Positions 20,388 through 30,436 of a DNA stretch of 64,000 nucleotides are shown one piece after another. The notes under the pieces were generated by a model that ran no database searches, had not been told where the DNA came from, and saw nothing but the letters and a program-made list of their open reading frames with translations. How positions within the stretch are numbered: the first letter of the stretch is position 1; every line of letters starts with the position of its first letter. Both the position numbers and the translations under genes were made by a program. The DNA is from an uncultured delta proteobacterium (GTDB lineage: Bacteria; Desulfobacterota; Desulfuromonadia; Geobacterales; Pseudopelobacteraceae): contig CAVYYZ010000008.1 of assembly GCA_963772835.1 (NCBI GenBank), positions 1-64,000 of the forward strand, read 5' to 3'.

Positions 20388-22040
20388 CTACAGAACAACG
20401 GATGCAATATATTCTTCAGGCGAAACGTCCCCTGACAAGAGGAGTCGCAGCCCCTCTTCTGCCAGACCATGATAGCCGGCTGTTTTAAGATGGTGTTCCA
20501 GCGCCGCGACATTGCTTGACTGTTCAAAGATATGAAGGAACCCATCAGTAAATGTCAGGACGTCTACCAGGAATTTTCGGGCGCTGAAGCCGCTGTAGCC
20601 GCAGACAGCACATCCGGACGTGCGGTAAAATTCTGCTGGCGGCTCCGGCAGGTTCATGGCGGCCAACTCTTCAGGCGACGGCATATAGGTGGTGCGGCAT
20701 TCCGGACAAAGAAGCTGTATCCCTTTGAATGAGACCAACCCGTTGACGAAAACCGGCAGAAAGTAATTTTGCTGCTGATACAGCAGCAGTTGGTGCAGAA
20801 CATTCCGGGTCCCGCGAATCGCCAATCCGGCCAGGACGAGTTTGCCCCGCATCGCCGCCCGGCAGGCTGCCGTGAAAGGCTTCCCTTCGGTGGCATCCTC
20901 TATGACCAGTATGTCCGGAGAGTGGCCGAGAGCGCTCATGATTGTTGCGGCCCGCTCGGTTTCATCCCGGGGCAGTAGTATGCGCGGGTAGCGTCGGGTT
21001 GTTTTCCCCGGCCCTTCACCAAGAATAATCACGTTCTTTCCCGTGGTGTCGATCTCGGCAAGCATCAGGTCTATAAAACGATCGCGCTCCAGCGTGTTTC
21101 TGGAAGCGAATAACGTCATTCCCTGCTGCGCGCGGGACAGGTGTGAAAAATCGTGTTCCTGTTGAGGAGGCAGATGCAATTCTGTGAGCCGGTCCGGAAC
21201 ATTGGCGGTCAGATGCGGGCGGATGGTGATGTACTCTCCGCCATAGCCTTTCATAATGGCGATCCGGAAGGTGATCGGATGAGAACGGTAGCTGAACGTG
21301 CACAATCCGCCGGAATCCAGTTCACTGTGGGAACTACTGCCGATGTTTTTATGTATCATGGATGTGACGTCAGGGTAATAGGTCCCGGCTAACGATCCAA
21401 CCGGACGTGAAACTCCGCTGCGTCTGCCGCTGACGGTCACGGATTCTCCCATGGGCTGAAGAGAAAGTGATGAAAGCTTGTTCTGTAATATAAAAATGAA
21501 AAGGTATTCCAGCAGCTTACTGCCGCTCAGGTCGCTGTTGATGGTTTCCATAACCTTTTCTGAAAAGGCGCTCGAAGCGAAACCCAACTGTTCCTGCCCG
21601 CCGCTGCCGTAGCAGGCCTCAATCATTTCACGAATTTCTCGAATCAAAGCAACCGAGCAGCTGACCTGACAGCCGCTTATCTGCTCGACGGCTGCGATTG
21701 CTGTTGTGTCGAGCGGATCTGAAATGGCAATGTTCAATTCATCCCCGGCTTTGATGAGAGGAATGAGATTGTACTTTTTCGCGACAGCAGCCGGGACGAG
21801 TCGTACCGCCTCCGGGTCAATCATCTCGACTTTGAGGCGGATATAGGGAATGTCCAGCTGATTGGAAAGCGCCCAGTCAATATCCTCCTGCGTGACAATC
21901 CCCAACGTTATCAGCGCTTCACCGAAACGTGACCCGCTACGCCCCTGTTCCTCCAGTGCCGCACTGATGTCACGTTCCGTGATAATATTGCAGGAGGTAA
22001 GAATTGTGCCCAAAGATCCTTTATTTATCTGCGCTGACAT
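20388..22040 (-). CDS. GspE/PilB-like protein with MshEN N-terminus and degenerate ATPase domain
   Basis: Tandem LG.IL...I....I..AL..Q and FGEAL..LG motifs and CPEC/CAVC zinc knuckle are present. The Walker A, Asp box and His box are not recognisable. Confidence 0.8.
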   Translation of the reverse strand: MSAQINKGSLGTILTSCNIITERDISAALEEQGRSGSRFGEALITLGIVTQEDIDWALSNQLDIPYIRLKVEMIDPEAVRLVPAAVAKKYNLIPLIKAGDELNIAISDPLDTTAIAAVEQISGCQVSCSVALIREIREMIEACYGSGGQEQLGFASSAFSEKVMETINSDLSGSKLLEYLFIFILQNKLSSLSLQPMGESVTVSGRRSGVSRPVGSLAGTYYPDVTSMIHKNIGSSSHSELDSGGLCTFSYRSHPITFRIAIMKGYGGEYITIRPHLTANVPDRLTELHLPPQQEHDFSHLSRAQQGMTLFASRNTLERDRFIDLMLAEIDTTGKNVIILGEGPGKTTRRYPRILLPRDETERAATIMSALGHSPDILVIEDATEGKPFTAACRAAMRGKLVLAGLAIRGTRNVLHQLLLYQQQNYFLPVFVNGLVSFKGIQLLCPECRTTYMPSPEELAAMNLPEPPAEFYRTSGCAVCGYSGFSARKFLVDVLTFTDGFLHIFEQSSNVAALEHHLKTAGYHGLAEEGLRLLLSGDVSPEEYIASVVL

Positions 22041-22108
22041 GGCCGTCCTCCACAATACGTGCGTCTAAAACCTGCCGTTTTCCATGTAGAAATAAGTGTG
22101 GTTAACAT

Positions 22109-23470
22109 CTATTCGTTCCGGTCACTCAGGTTCTCAAATCGGGTATGCTCACCGAAAAAAGCCAGGCTGACCGTGCCAGTCGCACCGTTTCGCTGCTTGC
22201 CGATGATCAGTTCGGCGTTGCGATCATGCCCCTGGGTGCAGGAGCCGTCCCGTTTACGGCACTGTTCGCAGTACACCGCCTCGCGGTAGACGAACATGAT
22301 CACGTCGGCATCCTGCTCGATGGCGCCCGACTCGCGCAGGTCACTCATCATCGGGCGCTTGTCGGCACGTTTTTCCAGTTCCCGGTTGAGCTGGGACAGA
22401 GCAACAACCGGCACACTCAACTCTTTCGCCAGTGCTTTCAGGGCCTGGGAAATCTCGGAAATCTCCTGCTGGCGTGATTCGATGCGGGTGCCGGATTTCA
22501 TCAGTTGCAGATAGTCGACAATGATCAGCCCGATATCATGCTCGCTTTTGAGCCGGCGCGCCTTGGAGCGGAGTTCCAGGACGCTGATTGCCGGGGTGTC
22601 ATCGATAAAAATCTTGGCATCATGGAGAATGCCGGCCGCTCTCGTCAGACGTGGCCAGTCACTGTCATGAAAGTGGCCGGTGCGCATCCGGCCGAAGTCA
22701 ACCCGGGCGATAGAGGCAAGAAAGCGCATAACCAGGTCTTCCTTGCTCATCTCCAGCGAAAATATGACTGATGCAACCTTCTTCTTGTTCTCGGCGCTGG
22801 CATGCTGAGCGATGTTGAGCGCCAGGGTTGTCTTGCCCATCGATGGTCTGGCGGCGATAATGACCAGGTTGCCCGGCTGGAAACCGGCGGTCATCTGGTC
22901 GAGATCAACATAGCCGGTCGGTACTCCGGTAATGTGCTCCTTACGCTCATTGAGTGACTTGAGGATCTTGAATGCCTCTTTGATAAGAGGCTGGATCGGC
23001 ACATACTGCGGACGCAGCTTGTTTTCGCCGATTTCGTACAGATCCTTCTGGGCCTTGTCAAGCAACTCGTTGACGTCCGTCTGGTCTTCATAACTGCGGG
23101 TGACAATCCCGGTGGCAATGGAGATCAGTTTGCGGTTGACCGACTTCTCTTTGACGATCCTGCAGTAATAGCTGACATTGGCCGCTGTGGGGACATAATC
23201 AACCAGCATGAGCAGGTAGGCAGCGCCGCCGACCTCATCCAGTTCCCCTTTTTTTCGCAGTGTTTCGGTCAGCGTCACCAGGTCGCACGGTTCACGCTTG
23301 TCGGACAGCAACATCATCGCCAGAAATATCTTACGATGCACCTCGCGGTAAAAATCTTCCGGTACGATACTTTCAAGCACCCGGTTTATGGCGTCGTTAT
23401 CGATCAGGATACCGCCCAGGATGGACATCTCGGCATCAAGATTCTGGGGGGGGAGTTTCGGGTCATTCAT
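22109..23470 (-). CDS. dnaB: Replicative DNA helicase
   Basis: AARPSMGKT, IVDYLQLM, LSQLNR and DLRESGAIEQDAD motifs. Confidence 0.97.
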   Translation of the reverse strand: MNDPKLPPQNLDAEMSILGGILIDNDAINRVLESIVPEDFYREVHRKIFLAMMLLSDKREPCDLVTLTETLRKKGELDEVGGAAYLLMLVDYVPTAANVSYYCRIVKEKSVNRKLISIATGIVTRSYEDQTDVNELLDKAQKDLYEIGENKLRPQYVPIQPLIKEAFKILKSLNERKEHITGVPTGYVDLDQMTAGFQPGNLVIIAARPSMGKTTLALNIAQHASAENKKKVASVIFSLEMSKEDLVMRFLASIARVDFGRMRTGHFHDSDWPRLTRAAGILHDAKIFIDDTPAISVLELRSKARRLKSEHDIGLIIVDYLQLMKSGTRIESRQQEISEISQALKALAKELSVPVVALSQLNRELEKRADKRPMMSDLRESGAIEQDADVIMFVYREAVYCEQCRKRDGSCTQGHDRNAELIIGKQRNGATGTVSLAFFGEHTRFENLSDRNE

Positions 23471-23538
23471 GCTGATATTTCCTTGGGCTCTTACGATTTA
23501 AGTATGTGAGCAAACATTTAGTGTAGCAAAACCGGACT

Positions 23539-23620
23539 CACGCGACGATGCGATGATTTAAAAACAGAGACTCAGGATTTGGTTTAAATAACTTTCGATA
23601 CGTCATCGCAGCGTAGCGTG
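23539..23620. repeat. Intergenic inverted-repeat pair (REP/MITE-like)
   Basis: cacgcgacgatgcgatga (23539-23556) versus the reverse complement of 23603-23620, cacgctacgctgcgatga; 16/18 identical around an AT-rich spacer. Confidence 0.65.
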
Positions 23621-23659
23621 GTACATGGTTCGGCCATGTACCGCTTCAGATTTCATTGT

Positions 23660-24896
23660 TCATGCTGATACAACCTTCTCGCGTCGCAATAGATCTCCCG
23701 CTTTGACCGCAAACGGCACCGTCAGGAGTATCCGTGAATTTGGATTGGCAACCTCTGCCGGAGTAGCTGTTCCGCGCTCGGGAATCAGCGAAAAGTGCTG
23801 CAGGGTCAGAGTGTCGCTCCGCATCCCCGGCCCGATAAACTCGATCAGGTCACCGGCCTTGATCCGGTTGCGCACACTGATCAGAAGGTTCCCGCCATCC
23901 CGCACTTCATCGACGACCCCGACGAAATCGTGACTCCGGATGTAGGCCGACTCGTATTCCTGTCCGACGTTGCGCGGCTGGCCGAACAGGAAACCGGAAG
24001 TAAAACCGCGATGGCTCAGCTTCGCCAGTTCCTCCAGCCATTCGGGGCGGCATTGCCACCCGGCCGGTTCCGCCAGATATTCGTCCAGAGCCTGACGATA
24101 GACCCGCAGTACAGAAGCGACGTAATTAATACCTTTCATGCGCCCTTCAATCTTGAGTGCATGAACTCCGCTTGTGACAAGCGCCGGAATATGCTCCAGC
24201 AGGCAGAGGTCACGGGAGTTGAAGATGAAGGTGCCGTGTTCGTCCTCTACGACCGGAAAGTATTCACCCGGCCGTGATTCTTCAACCAGGTGGTAGCTCC
24301 ATCGACAGGGGTGGGTACATTCTCCCTGATTGGCGTCGCGCCCGGTCAGCATGCTGGAAATCAGGCAGCGGCCCGGAATAGGAAATGCAGAGCGCCCCGT
24401 GGACGAAAGCTTCAAATTCCATCCCCGGAACTTTGATAACCGTCTCTTGAATATTGTCGAGGCTCATCTCTCGTGCCAGGTTGATCCGGCGGACCCCCTG
24501 CTGCTGCCAGAATCGGGCGGAGCGCCAGTTGATGGTATTGGCCTGGGTCGAAAGGTGCAGTTCCCGCTCCGGCGACACCTGCCGTACCGCATCAATCACC
24601 CCCGGGTCGGCGACAATGTAGGCGTCGAAGGGGAGCGGTGCGATCTGCGCCAGGTACTCTTCCAGCTCGGGAAGTGACTCGTTGCGCGGATAGCTGTTGA
24701 TCGTCAGGTAGGCTTTAACATCCTTTGCATGACAGAAATCGAGCGCCGTCTTCATCTCGTCCACGGAAAAATTATCGGCCATATTGCGCAGCCCAAAGGA
24801 CTGTCCGCCGAGATATACGGCGTCGGCACCGTAATGCACTGCTATTTTCAGTTTTTCCATGTTGCCGGCCGGAGCCAGCAGTTCGGGTTTCTGCAC
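23660..24896 (-). CDS. Peptidase U32 family protein (TrhP-like), split by a frameshift near 24372
   Basis: PELLAPAG, GADAVYLG and HLSTQAN; HGALCISYSG continues as RCLIS...CTHPCRW and LKIEGRMK in another frame. Confidence 0.88.
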
Positions 24897-25048
24897 GGGA
24901 ATTCCATTGTAAATATTCGTTGGTGTTTGTTTTCGGGGTTGGATGCTACCATAATCGCTCTGCCAATAAAACTGAAAAGGCACCTTTCACTTGACAAAGA
25001 TGGCTAAAACGCTTTAATTATGAAAAACATGCGATAAATGGGGGTATT

Positions 25049-25777
25049 ATGCCGTCAGGCAGTCAATTAGTTACATATCTTTGTTTGTCTCTTTTTCTTT
25101 CCGGATGTGCCGCCAACGACCTTATGGTCAAACGTCAGACGGAGTCTGAAGCAAAAATTGAGTTTCTGATTCAGTCGTCAAAGAAAGCGGAGCAGCGTCA
25201 CAACGAACTTGCCGGAGCGCAGCAGGTTCAGGAAGAGCGGCTTCAGGCACTGAACGGAGAGATAAAGCAGCTGAAAGATGAAAATCGTCTTCTGCAAGCC
25301 TCCCGTGATGAACTGAATGTCCGGGTTGCGAGTCTTACCCGTCAGTCACAAACTCCCAAGGTGGAGATCGTCAACCAGCCGTCGCCCGTCAAAACGGCCA
25401 GGGAATCGGGCCCCCCTGCGGAATATCTCAAGTCATTCGGACTCTACAGTGCCAACAACTTTGCTGCTGCCATCGTATCGTTTGAGTCGTTTCTCGCCAA
25501 TAATCCTCAGAGCGACTATGCGGCCAATGCTGTCTATTGGATAGGCGAGTGTCACTACACCCTCTCGGATCTTCCCAAGGCAAAAGAGGCATTTTCGAGA
25601 GTGGCGGACAGCTATCCGAAAAGCGCCAAGACGCCTGATGCGCTCTTAAAACTTGGCTATACGCTGTCGGCCATGAAAGAAAAAGAACAGGCCACGGCTG
25701 TCTTTGAGAGAATAATAACTGCATATCCAAGCAGTTTGGCCGCAATAAAGGCCCGTGAACGACTGAACGCTCACTGA
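25049..25777 (+). CDS. cpoB: Tol-Pal associated YbgF/CpoB-like lipoprotein
   Basis: Lipobox LSGC, coiled coil and TPR motifs (NAVYWIGECHY, PDALLKLG). Confidence 0.85.
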   Translation: MPSGSQLVTYLCLSLFLSGCAANDLMVKRQTESEAKIEFLIQSSKKAEQRHNELAGAQQVQEERLQALNGEIKQLKDENRLLQASRDELNVRVASLTRQSQTPKVEIVNQPSPVKTARESGPPAEYLKSFGLYSANNFAAAIVSFESFLANNPQSDYAANAVYWIGECHYTLSDLPKAKEAFSRVADSYPKSAKTPDALLKLGYTLSAMKEKEQATAVFERIITAYPSSLAAIKARERLNAH

Positions 25778-25825
25778 ACCAGACTGACCCGCTGTCATAC
25801 TTCAAAGGCGAATGAGGTGCCCCCC

Positions 25826-26842
25826 ATGAAAATCAGAATGCTGCTGTTACTGGCTCTTTTAACCACGCCACTTGTTGCTTTTGCCGCCGGGCAGGAAGAG
25901 CCTGCCATCTATGTCATCAAACAGGGTGATACGCTCTGGGGGCTCTCAGAACGGTTTATAAAAGATCCGAACTACTGGCCGAATATGTGGTCTAAAAACA
26001 GCCAGGTAACGAATCCGCATTTTATTTATCCGGACCAGAAATTACGGATTTTTCCTGATCGCCTGGAATTTGTTCCCAAAGAACAGCCGGCAGGGGTCCC
26101 CGTGAAGGTTGCCGCCCCTGCTGAAACGCCTGCCGAGCAGGTTCAGCAGGTTGCCGCCGAGAAAACCTACACACTCTATGGTACTGAAGGGTTTCTGGCA
26201 GAAAAGGGTTTCAAGCCCTACGGCATGGTGATCGGATCTCAGCATGACAGGGTAGTGGTTGGCGTTGATGATATCGTGTACACCGACATCGGTTCGGAGC
26301 AAAAAGCGAGCGGTGGCGATAAATTCTCCGTATTTCGCAAAGAGGCCTCAGTCAAACACCCTCTGAATAATGAGGAAATGGGGTATAAAATCATTCCGCT
26401 CGGGACTCTTCAGCTTACGGATGTGGAGCCGAAATCTTCGCGGGCCATTATCACACAGTCGTTCAAAGAAATCGGACCGGGTTCTTATCTGCTGCCTTAC
26501 AGGGATAATCTCCGCCGTGAAATTACATTGAAGAACAGCAGTGTCGATCTCAAGGGATACATAATAGACAGTTATAGCGGGGTGAGTATCATCGCCGCCG
26601 GCGATATCGTGTATATCGATCTCGGATCCAATCAGGGGGCTGAGGCCGGAAACCTGCTTTATATCGTCCGGGATATGACGATTGACCAGCGGTATGTGGA
26701 AGGGCGAATTGACACGCTGCCTCAAGAGCTGCTTGGGGCGCTGGTGATACTTGAAACCGGCAAAAAGACAGCCACCGCATTGGTTGTCAAGAGTATCGAT
26801 ACAATCTATAGAGGCGACCGTCTCGTCAGTCAAGCGAAGTAG
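25826..26842 (+). CDS. LysM peptidoglycan-binding protein
   Basis: Signal peptide and YVIKQGDTLWGLS...NPHFIYP; typical position upstream of dprA. Confidence 0.9.
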   Translation: MKIRMLLLLALLTTPLVAFAAGQEEPAIYVIKQGDTLWGLSERFIKDPNYWPNMWSKNSQVTNPHFIYPDQKLRIFPDRLEFVPKEQPAGVPVKVAAPAETPAEQVQQVAAEKTYTLYGTEGFLAEKGFKPYGMVIGSQHDRVVVGVDDIVYTDIGSEQKASGGDKFSVFRKEASVKHPLNNEEMGYKIIPLGTLQLTDVEPKSSRAIITQSFKEIGPGSYLLPYRDNLRREITLKNSSVDLKGYIIDSYSGVSIIAAGDIVYIDLGSNQGAEAGNLLYIVRDMTIDQRYVEGRIDTLPQELLGALVILETGKKTATALVVKSIDTIYRGDRLVSQAK

Positions 26843-26865
26843 GCCCCCTAATTCTTAATACGTAC

Positions 26866-26893
26866 AAGACCGGCTTCTGGCCGGTCTTTTTTT
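26866..26893 (+). terminator. Rho-independent terminator
   Basis: Hairpin aagaccggc/gccggtctt followed by a T run. Confidence 0.75.
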
Positions 26894-26916
26894 GTAGTAC
26901 CGTGGCGGGTGTCGGA

Positions 26917-28008
26917 ATGGAAAATTATTACTGGATAGGTCTCAAGGCGATCCCCGGCATCGGAAATGTTGTTTTCCGGCGGCTGCTAGAGCGTTTTGAC
27001 ACGCCCGAAGCTGCCTTGAAGGCATCTCCAGCATCACTTACCGGCATCAGGGGCATAACCCCCGCGGCTATAGAGGGCATTGGAAATGGTGAATGGCACC
27101 GTTTCGCTGAGGAAGAGTCCCGGCGGCTTGAAATAAGCGCTGCGCGTCTTGTGACGTATACCTCACCGGACTACCCCAAATCCCTGTTTGAAATTCATGA
27201 CCCCCCTCCGTTCCTCTATGTCAAAGGGGAACTGCGTTCCCGTGAACTGTCAATTGCCATCGTCGGCTCTCGCCGGGCAACATCATACGGGCTGATGACA
27301 ACTGGAAAACTATCCGAAGCACTTGCCTGTCACGGCGTGTGTGTCGTCTCGGGGATGGCGCGGGGTGTCGATACAGCCGCCCACAGGGGGGCTCTGCATG
27401 CCGGGGGAAGAAGCATCGGCGTACTGGGATGCGGAGTAGACAAAGTATACCCTCCTGAAAACCGCGCGCTCTTCGAGGAGATGGCCGATAAGGGATGCCT
27501 GCTGTCCGAGTTCCCGTTGGGGACGCTGCCGCTGGCTGAAAACTTTCCACGCCGCAACCGGATTATCAGTGGTCTCTCCTGCGGAGTGCTGGTCGTTGAG
27601 GCCGCTGAAAAAAGCGGTTCATTGATCACCGCTCAGTACGCTCTTGAGCATGGGCGCGATGTTTTTGCCGTGCCGGGGAATATTTCATTCGCCACCAGTC
27701 GAGGCTGCAATCGTTTGATCAAACAAGGAGCAAAGCTGGTGGATTGTGTTGAGGACATTCTGGAGGAACTCCCGTCGGCGGCACTCGCTTCTGCTGATGC
27801 CCCGTTGTTTCAGCCGCACCCGCGCACCTTCGCGTTGACACCGAAAGAGGCGGCCATCTACGAGCTGCTGGCGCGCTCTCCGCTGCACATCGATGACATC
27901 ATTTTTCAAACTGAATTGACAGCCGGTGAGGTTTCCACTATGTTACTGCACCTTGAACTCAAGGGGGCGGTCATTCCGCTGCCCGGCACACATTACGCTG
28001 TTACCTGA
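26917..28008 (+). CDS. dprA: DNA-processing protein DprA
   Basis: AIVGSR, VSGMARGVD, FPRRNRIISG and SGSLITA motifs. Confidence 0.96.
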   Translation: MENYYWIGLKAIPGIGNVVFRRLLERFDTPEAALKASPASLTGIRGITPAAIEGIGNGEWHRFAEEESRRLEISAARLVTYTSPDYPKSLFEIHDPPPFLYVKGELRSRELSIAIVGSRRATSYGLMTTGKLSEALACHGVCVVSGMARGVDTAAHRGALHAGGRSIGVLGCGVDKVYPPENRALFEEMADKGCLLSEFPLGTLPLAENFPRRNRIISGLSCGVLVVEAAEKSGSLITAQYALEHGRDVFAVPGNISFATSRGCNRLIKQGAKLVDCVEDILEELPSAALASADAPLFQPHPRTFALTPKEAAIYELLARSPLHIDDIIFQTELTAGEVSTMLLHLELKGAVIPLPGTHYAVT

Positions 28009-28025
28009 TAAGGATCCTTTTACTT

Positions 28026-30332
28026 ATGTCGAAAAACCTCGTCATCGTCGAATCCCCCGCCAAAGGGAAAACCATAGAAAAATTCCTCGGCCCCGACTTT
28101 AAAGTCCTGGCCTCCTTCGGCCATGTACGGGCTCTCCCCAGCAAGCAGGGCTCAGTAGATATCGAGAAGGGTTTTGAGCCGAAGTACCACGTACTTCCGG
28201 AAAGCAAAAAGCATCTCGACGCAATCAAAGCCGCGCTCAAGGGGGCAGACAGGCTGCTGTTGGCAACTGACCCCGACCGTGAAGGGGAAGCGATCTCCTG
28301 GCACCTCCTTGCGGCTCTTGGTCTGGATAAGAAGTCACCCGGCATAAAAATCCAGAGGGTGGAGTTCCACGAGATCACCAAAGAGGCAATTCTGCATGCG
28401 GTCCAAAATCCCAGGGATATAGCGCTTGATCTGGTGAATGCTCAGCAGGCCCGTTCGATTCTGGACTATCTGGTCGGATTCAACCTTTCGCCTTTTCTCT
28501 GGAAAAAGATCCGGTACGGGCTTTCCGCCGGCCGTGTTCAGTCGGTTGCCCTCCGTCTGGTCTGTGAACGTGAGAAGGAGATTCTGGCCTTCAATGAGCA
28601 GGAATACTGGACTGTCGCGGCCCGTCTTGCTGTGCCCGCCGGTCAGGAGTTCAAAGCCGGCCTGGTCGATGTCGGAGGTAAAAAACTCGGTAAATTCGAT
28701 ATTCCCGGCGAAGAGGTTGCGACCGCACTGAAAGCAGCCTTGCAATCGGGGAGTTATCAGGTGGCAAGAGTCACCAAAACCGAGAAAAAACGCAATCCTT
28801 CGCCCCCTTTCACCACCTCGACCCTCCAGCAGGAGGCATCGCGCAAACTCGGTTTTTCGGCCAAGAAGACCATGTCGACTGCACAGAAACTCTATGAAGG
28901 GATTGATATCGGTGCCGAGGGGACGGTCGGTCTGATCACCTATATGCGTACCGACAGCGTAAATCTGTCAACCCTCGCTCTGAAAGATGCCCACGACGTT
29001 ATCTCCGCCGCGTACGGCAAGGAGTACGCGCTCGCCAAGCCGCGGATATTCAAGACGAAATCAAAAAATGCCCAGGAGGCACATGAGGCCATCCGGCCGA
29101 CATATATTGCCAAGACTCCGATCGAGCTGAAGAAGCATCTGACGCCTGACCTGTATAAACTGTATGAGCTGATATGGAAACGAACCATCGCCTGCCAGAT
29201 GGCCGAAGCGCTGCTGGATCAGACCTCGGTTGATATCTCCGCAGAGCTTGCCGCCCCTCCGGCGGCAGGGCCGTTTACCGGAGCCCGCAAGGCCGGACTG
29301 CGAGCGGCCGGAACGGTTATCCGCTTTCCCGGGTTTATGAAACTGTACATCGAAGGCCTTGATGATCAGGACGAGGAAAAAGAGGGTCTGCTGCCGGCTA
29401 TGAGCGAGGGCGCACACCTGACGCTGCATGAAGTTCTCCCCGAGCAGCACTTCACTCAACCGCCTCCACGCTACACCGAGGCGACGCTGGTCAAGACGCT
29501 GGAGGAGTACGGAATCGGACGGCCATCAACTTTTGCCTCGATCATGAATACGCTGGTGGAGAGAAAATATGCCCGTCTCGACAAGAAGCGTTTCTTTCCG
29601 GAGGATGTCGGAATGGTTGTCAGCGATCTGCTGACGGCCCATTTTCAGAAGTACGTCGATTATAACTTTACTGCCGGACTGGAAGAAGAGCTGGACCAGG
29701 TCTCACGTGGTGAAAAAGAGTGGAAACCTCTCCTGAAGGAGTTTTGGGAGCCGTTTATTGCGCTTCTGAAGCAGAAGGAGGGTGAGGTCAACAAGTCCGA
29801 CCTGACGACAGAGGCGACTGATGAGCTTTGTCCTGAATGCGGCAAGCCGCTTGTTGTGAAGCTCGGCAAGCGTGGCAAATTCATCGCCTGCTCCGGTTTT
29901 CAGGAAGGGTGCAAATATACCCGCAATGTTGATCAGGAAGGTGGTGAAGTTGCCGAGCCGGTTTTGTCCGAAGAAAAATGTGAAAAATGCGGACTGCCGA
30001 TGCTGATAAAGGATGGCCGCTTTGGGAAATATCTGGCCTGTTCCGGTTATCCGGCCTGTAAAAATATCCAGCCGCTGGTTAAGCCGCTCAACACCGGCGT
30101 GGTCTGCCCGGAGTGCAAAGAAGGGCAGCTTATAGAGAAAAAGTCGCGCTTTGGCAAGCTCTTCTACTCCTGCAATCAATATCCGAAGTGTAAATTCGCC
30201 CTCTGGGACCTGCCGGTTGAGAGTCCCTGTCCGAAATGCGGCTTTCCGCTGCTGGTCAAGAAGGTCTACAAGCGTAAGGGAGAATTTTTGAAGTGCCCCA
30301 AAGAGGGCTGTGATTATAACACCAGCGAATAA
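28026..30332 (+). CDS. topA: DNA topoisomerase I with C-terminal zinc ribbons
   Basis: IVESPAK, ATDPDREGE, SAGRVQS, ITYMRTDS and C4 zinc-finger repeats. Confidence 0.97.
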   Translation: MSKNLVIVESPAKGKTIEKFLGPDFKVLASFGHVRALPSKQGSVDIEKGFEPKYHVLPESKKHLDAIKAALKGADRLLLATDPDREGEAISWHLLAALGLDKKSPGIKIQRVEFHEITKEAILHAVQNPRDIALDLVNAQQARSILDYLVGFNLSPFLWKKIRYGLSAGRVQSVALRLVCEREKEILAFNEQEYWTVAARLAVPAGQEFKAGLVDVGGKKLGKFDIPGEEVATALKAALQSGSYQVARVTKTEKKRNPSPPFTTSTLQQEASRKLGFSAKKTMSTAQKLYEGIDIGAEGTVGLITYMRTDSVNLSTLALKDAHDVISAAYGKEYALAKPRIFKTKSKNAQEAHEAIRPTYIAKTPIELKKHLTPDLYKLYELIWKRTIACQMAEALLDQTSVDISAELAAPPAAGPFTGARKAGLRAAGTVIRFPGFMKLYIEGLDDQDEEKEGLLPAMSEGAHLTLHEVLPEQHFTQPPPRYTEATLVKTLEEYGIGRPSTFASIMNTLVERKYARLDKKRFFPEDVGMVVSDLLTAHFQKYVDYNFTAGLEEELDQVSRGEKEWKPLLKEFWEPFIALLKQKEGEVNKSDLTTEATDELCPECGKPLVVKLGKRGKFIACSGFQEGCKYTRNVDQEGGEVAEPVLSEEKCEKCGLPMLIKDGRFGKYLACSGYPACKNIQPLVKPLNTGVVCPECKEGQLIEKKSRFGKLFYSCNQYPKCKFALWDLPVESPCPKCGFPLLVKKVYKRKGEFLKCPKEGCDYNTSE

Positions 30333-30344
30333 AACTATAATCGG

Positions 30345-30420
30345 GTAAACAGAGAGGCACTGAAATACTGAATGGATTGATTATAAATTCACTCAGTCTC
30401 AGTGCTTCTCTGCTTTTACT
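30345..30420. repeat. Intergenic inverted-repeat pair (octamer-repeat REP-like)
   Basis: cagagaggcactga (30350-30363) versus the reverse complement of 30399-30412, cagagaagcactga; 13/14 identical. Confidence 0.65.
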
Positions 30421-30436
30421 GAAGGAAAAGGTACAC

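Noticed and set aside
20995..21025. GEGPGKTT as a relocated Walker A in the PilB-like protein
   Set aside because: The spacing is GxxxGKT rather than GxxxxGKT and it aligns with the Asp-box position, so it is likely coincidental.
22076..22095. parS-like sequence ttccatgtagaa
   Set aside because: It has several mismatches to the TGTTTCACGTGAAACA consensus, including the core and flanks.
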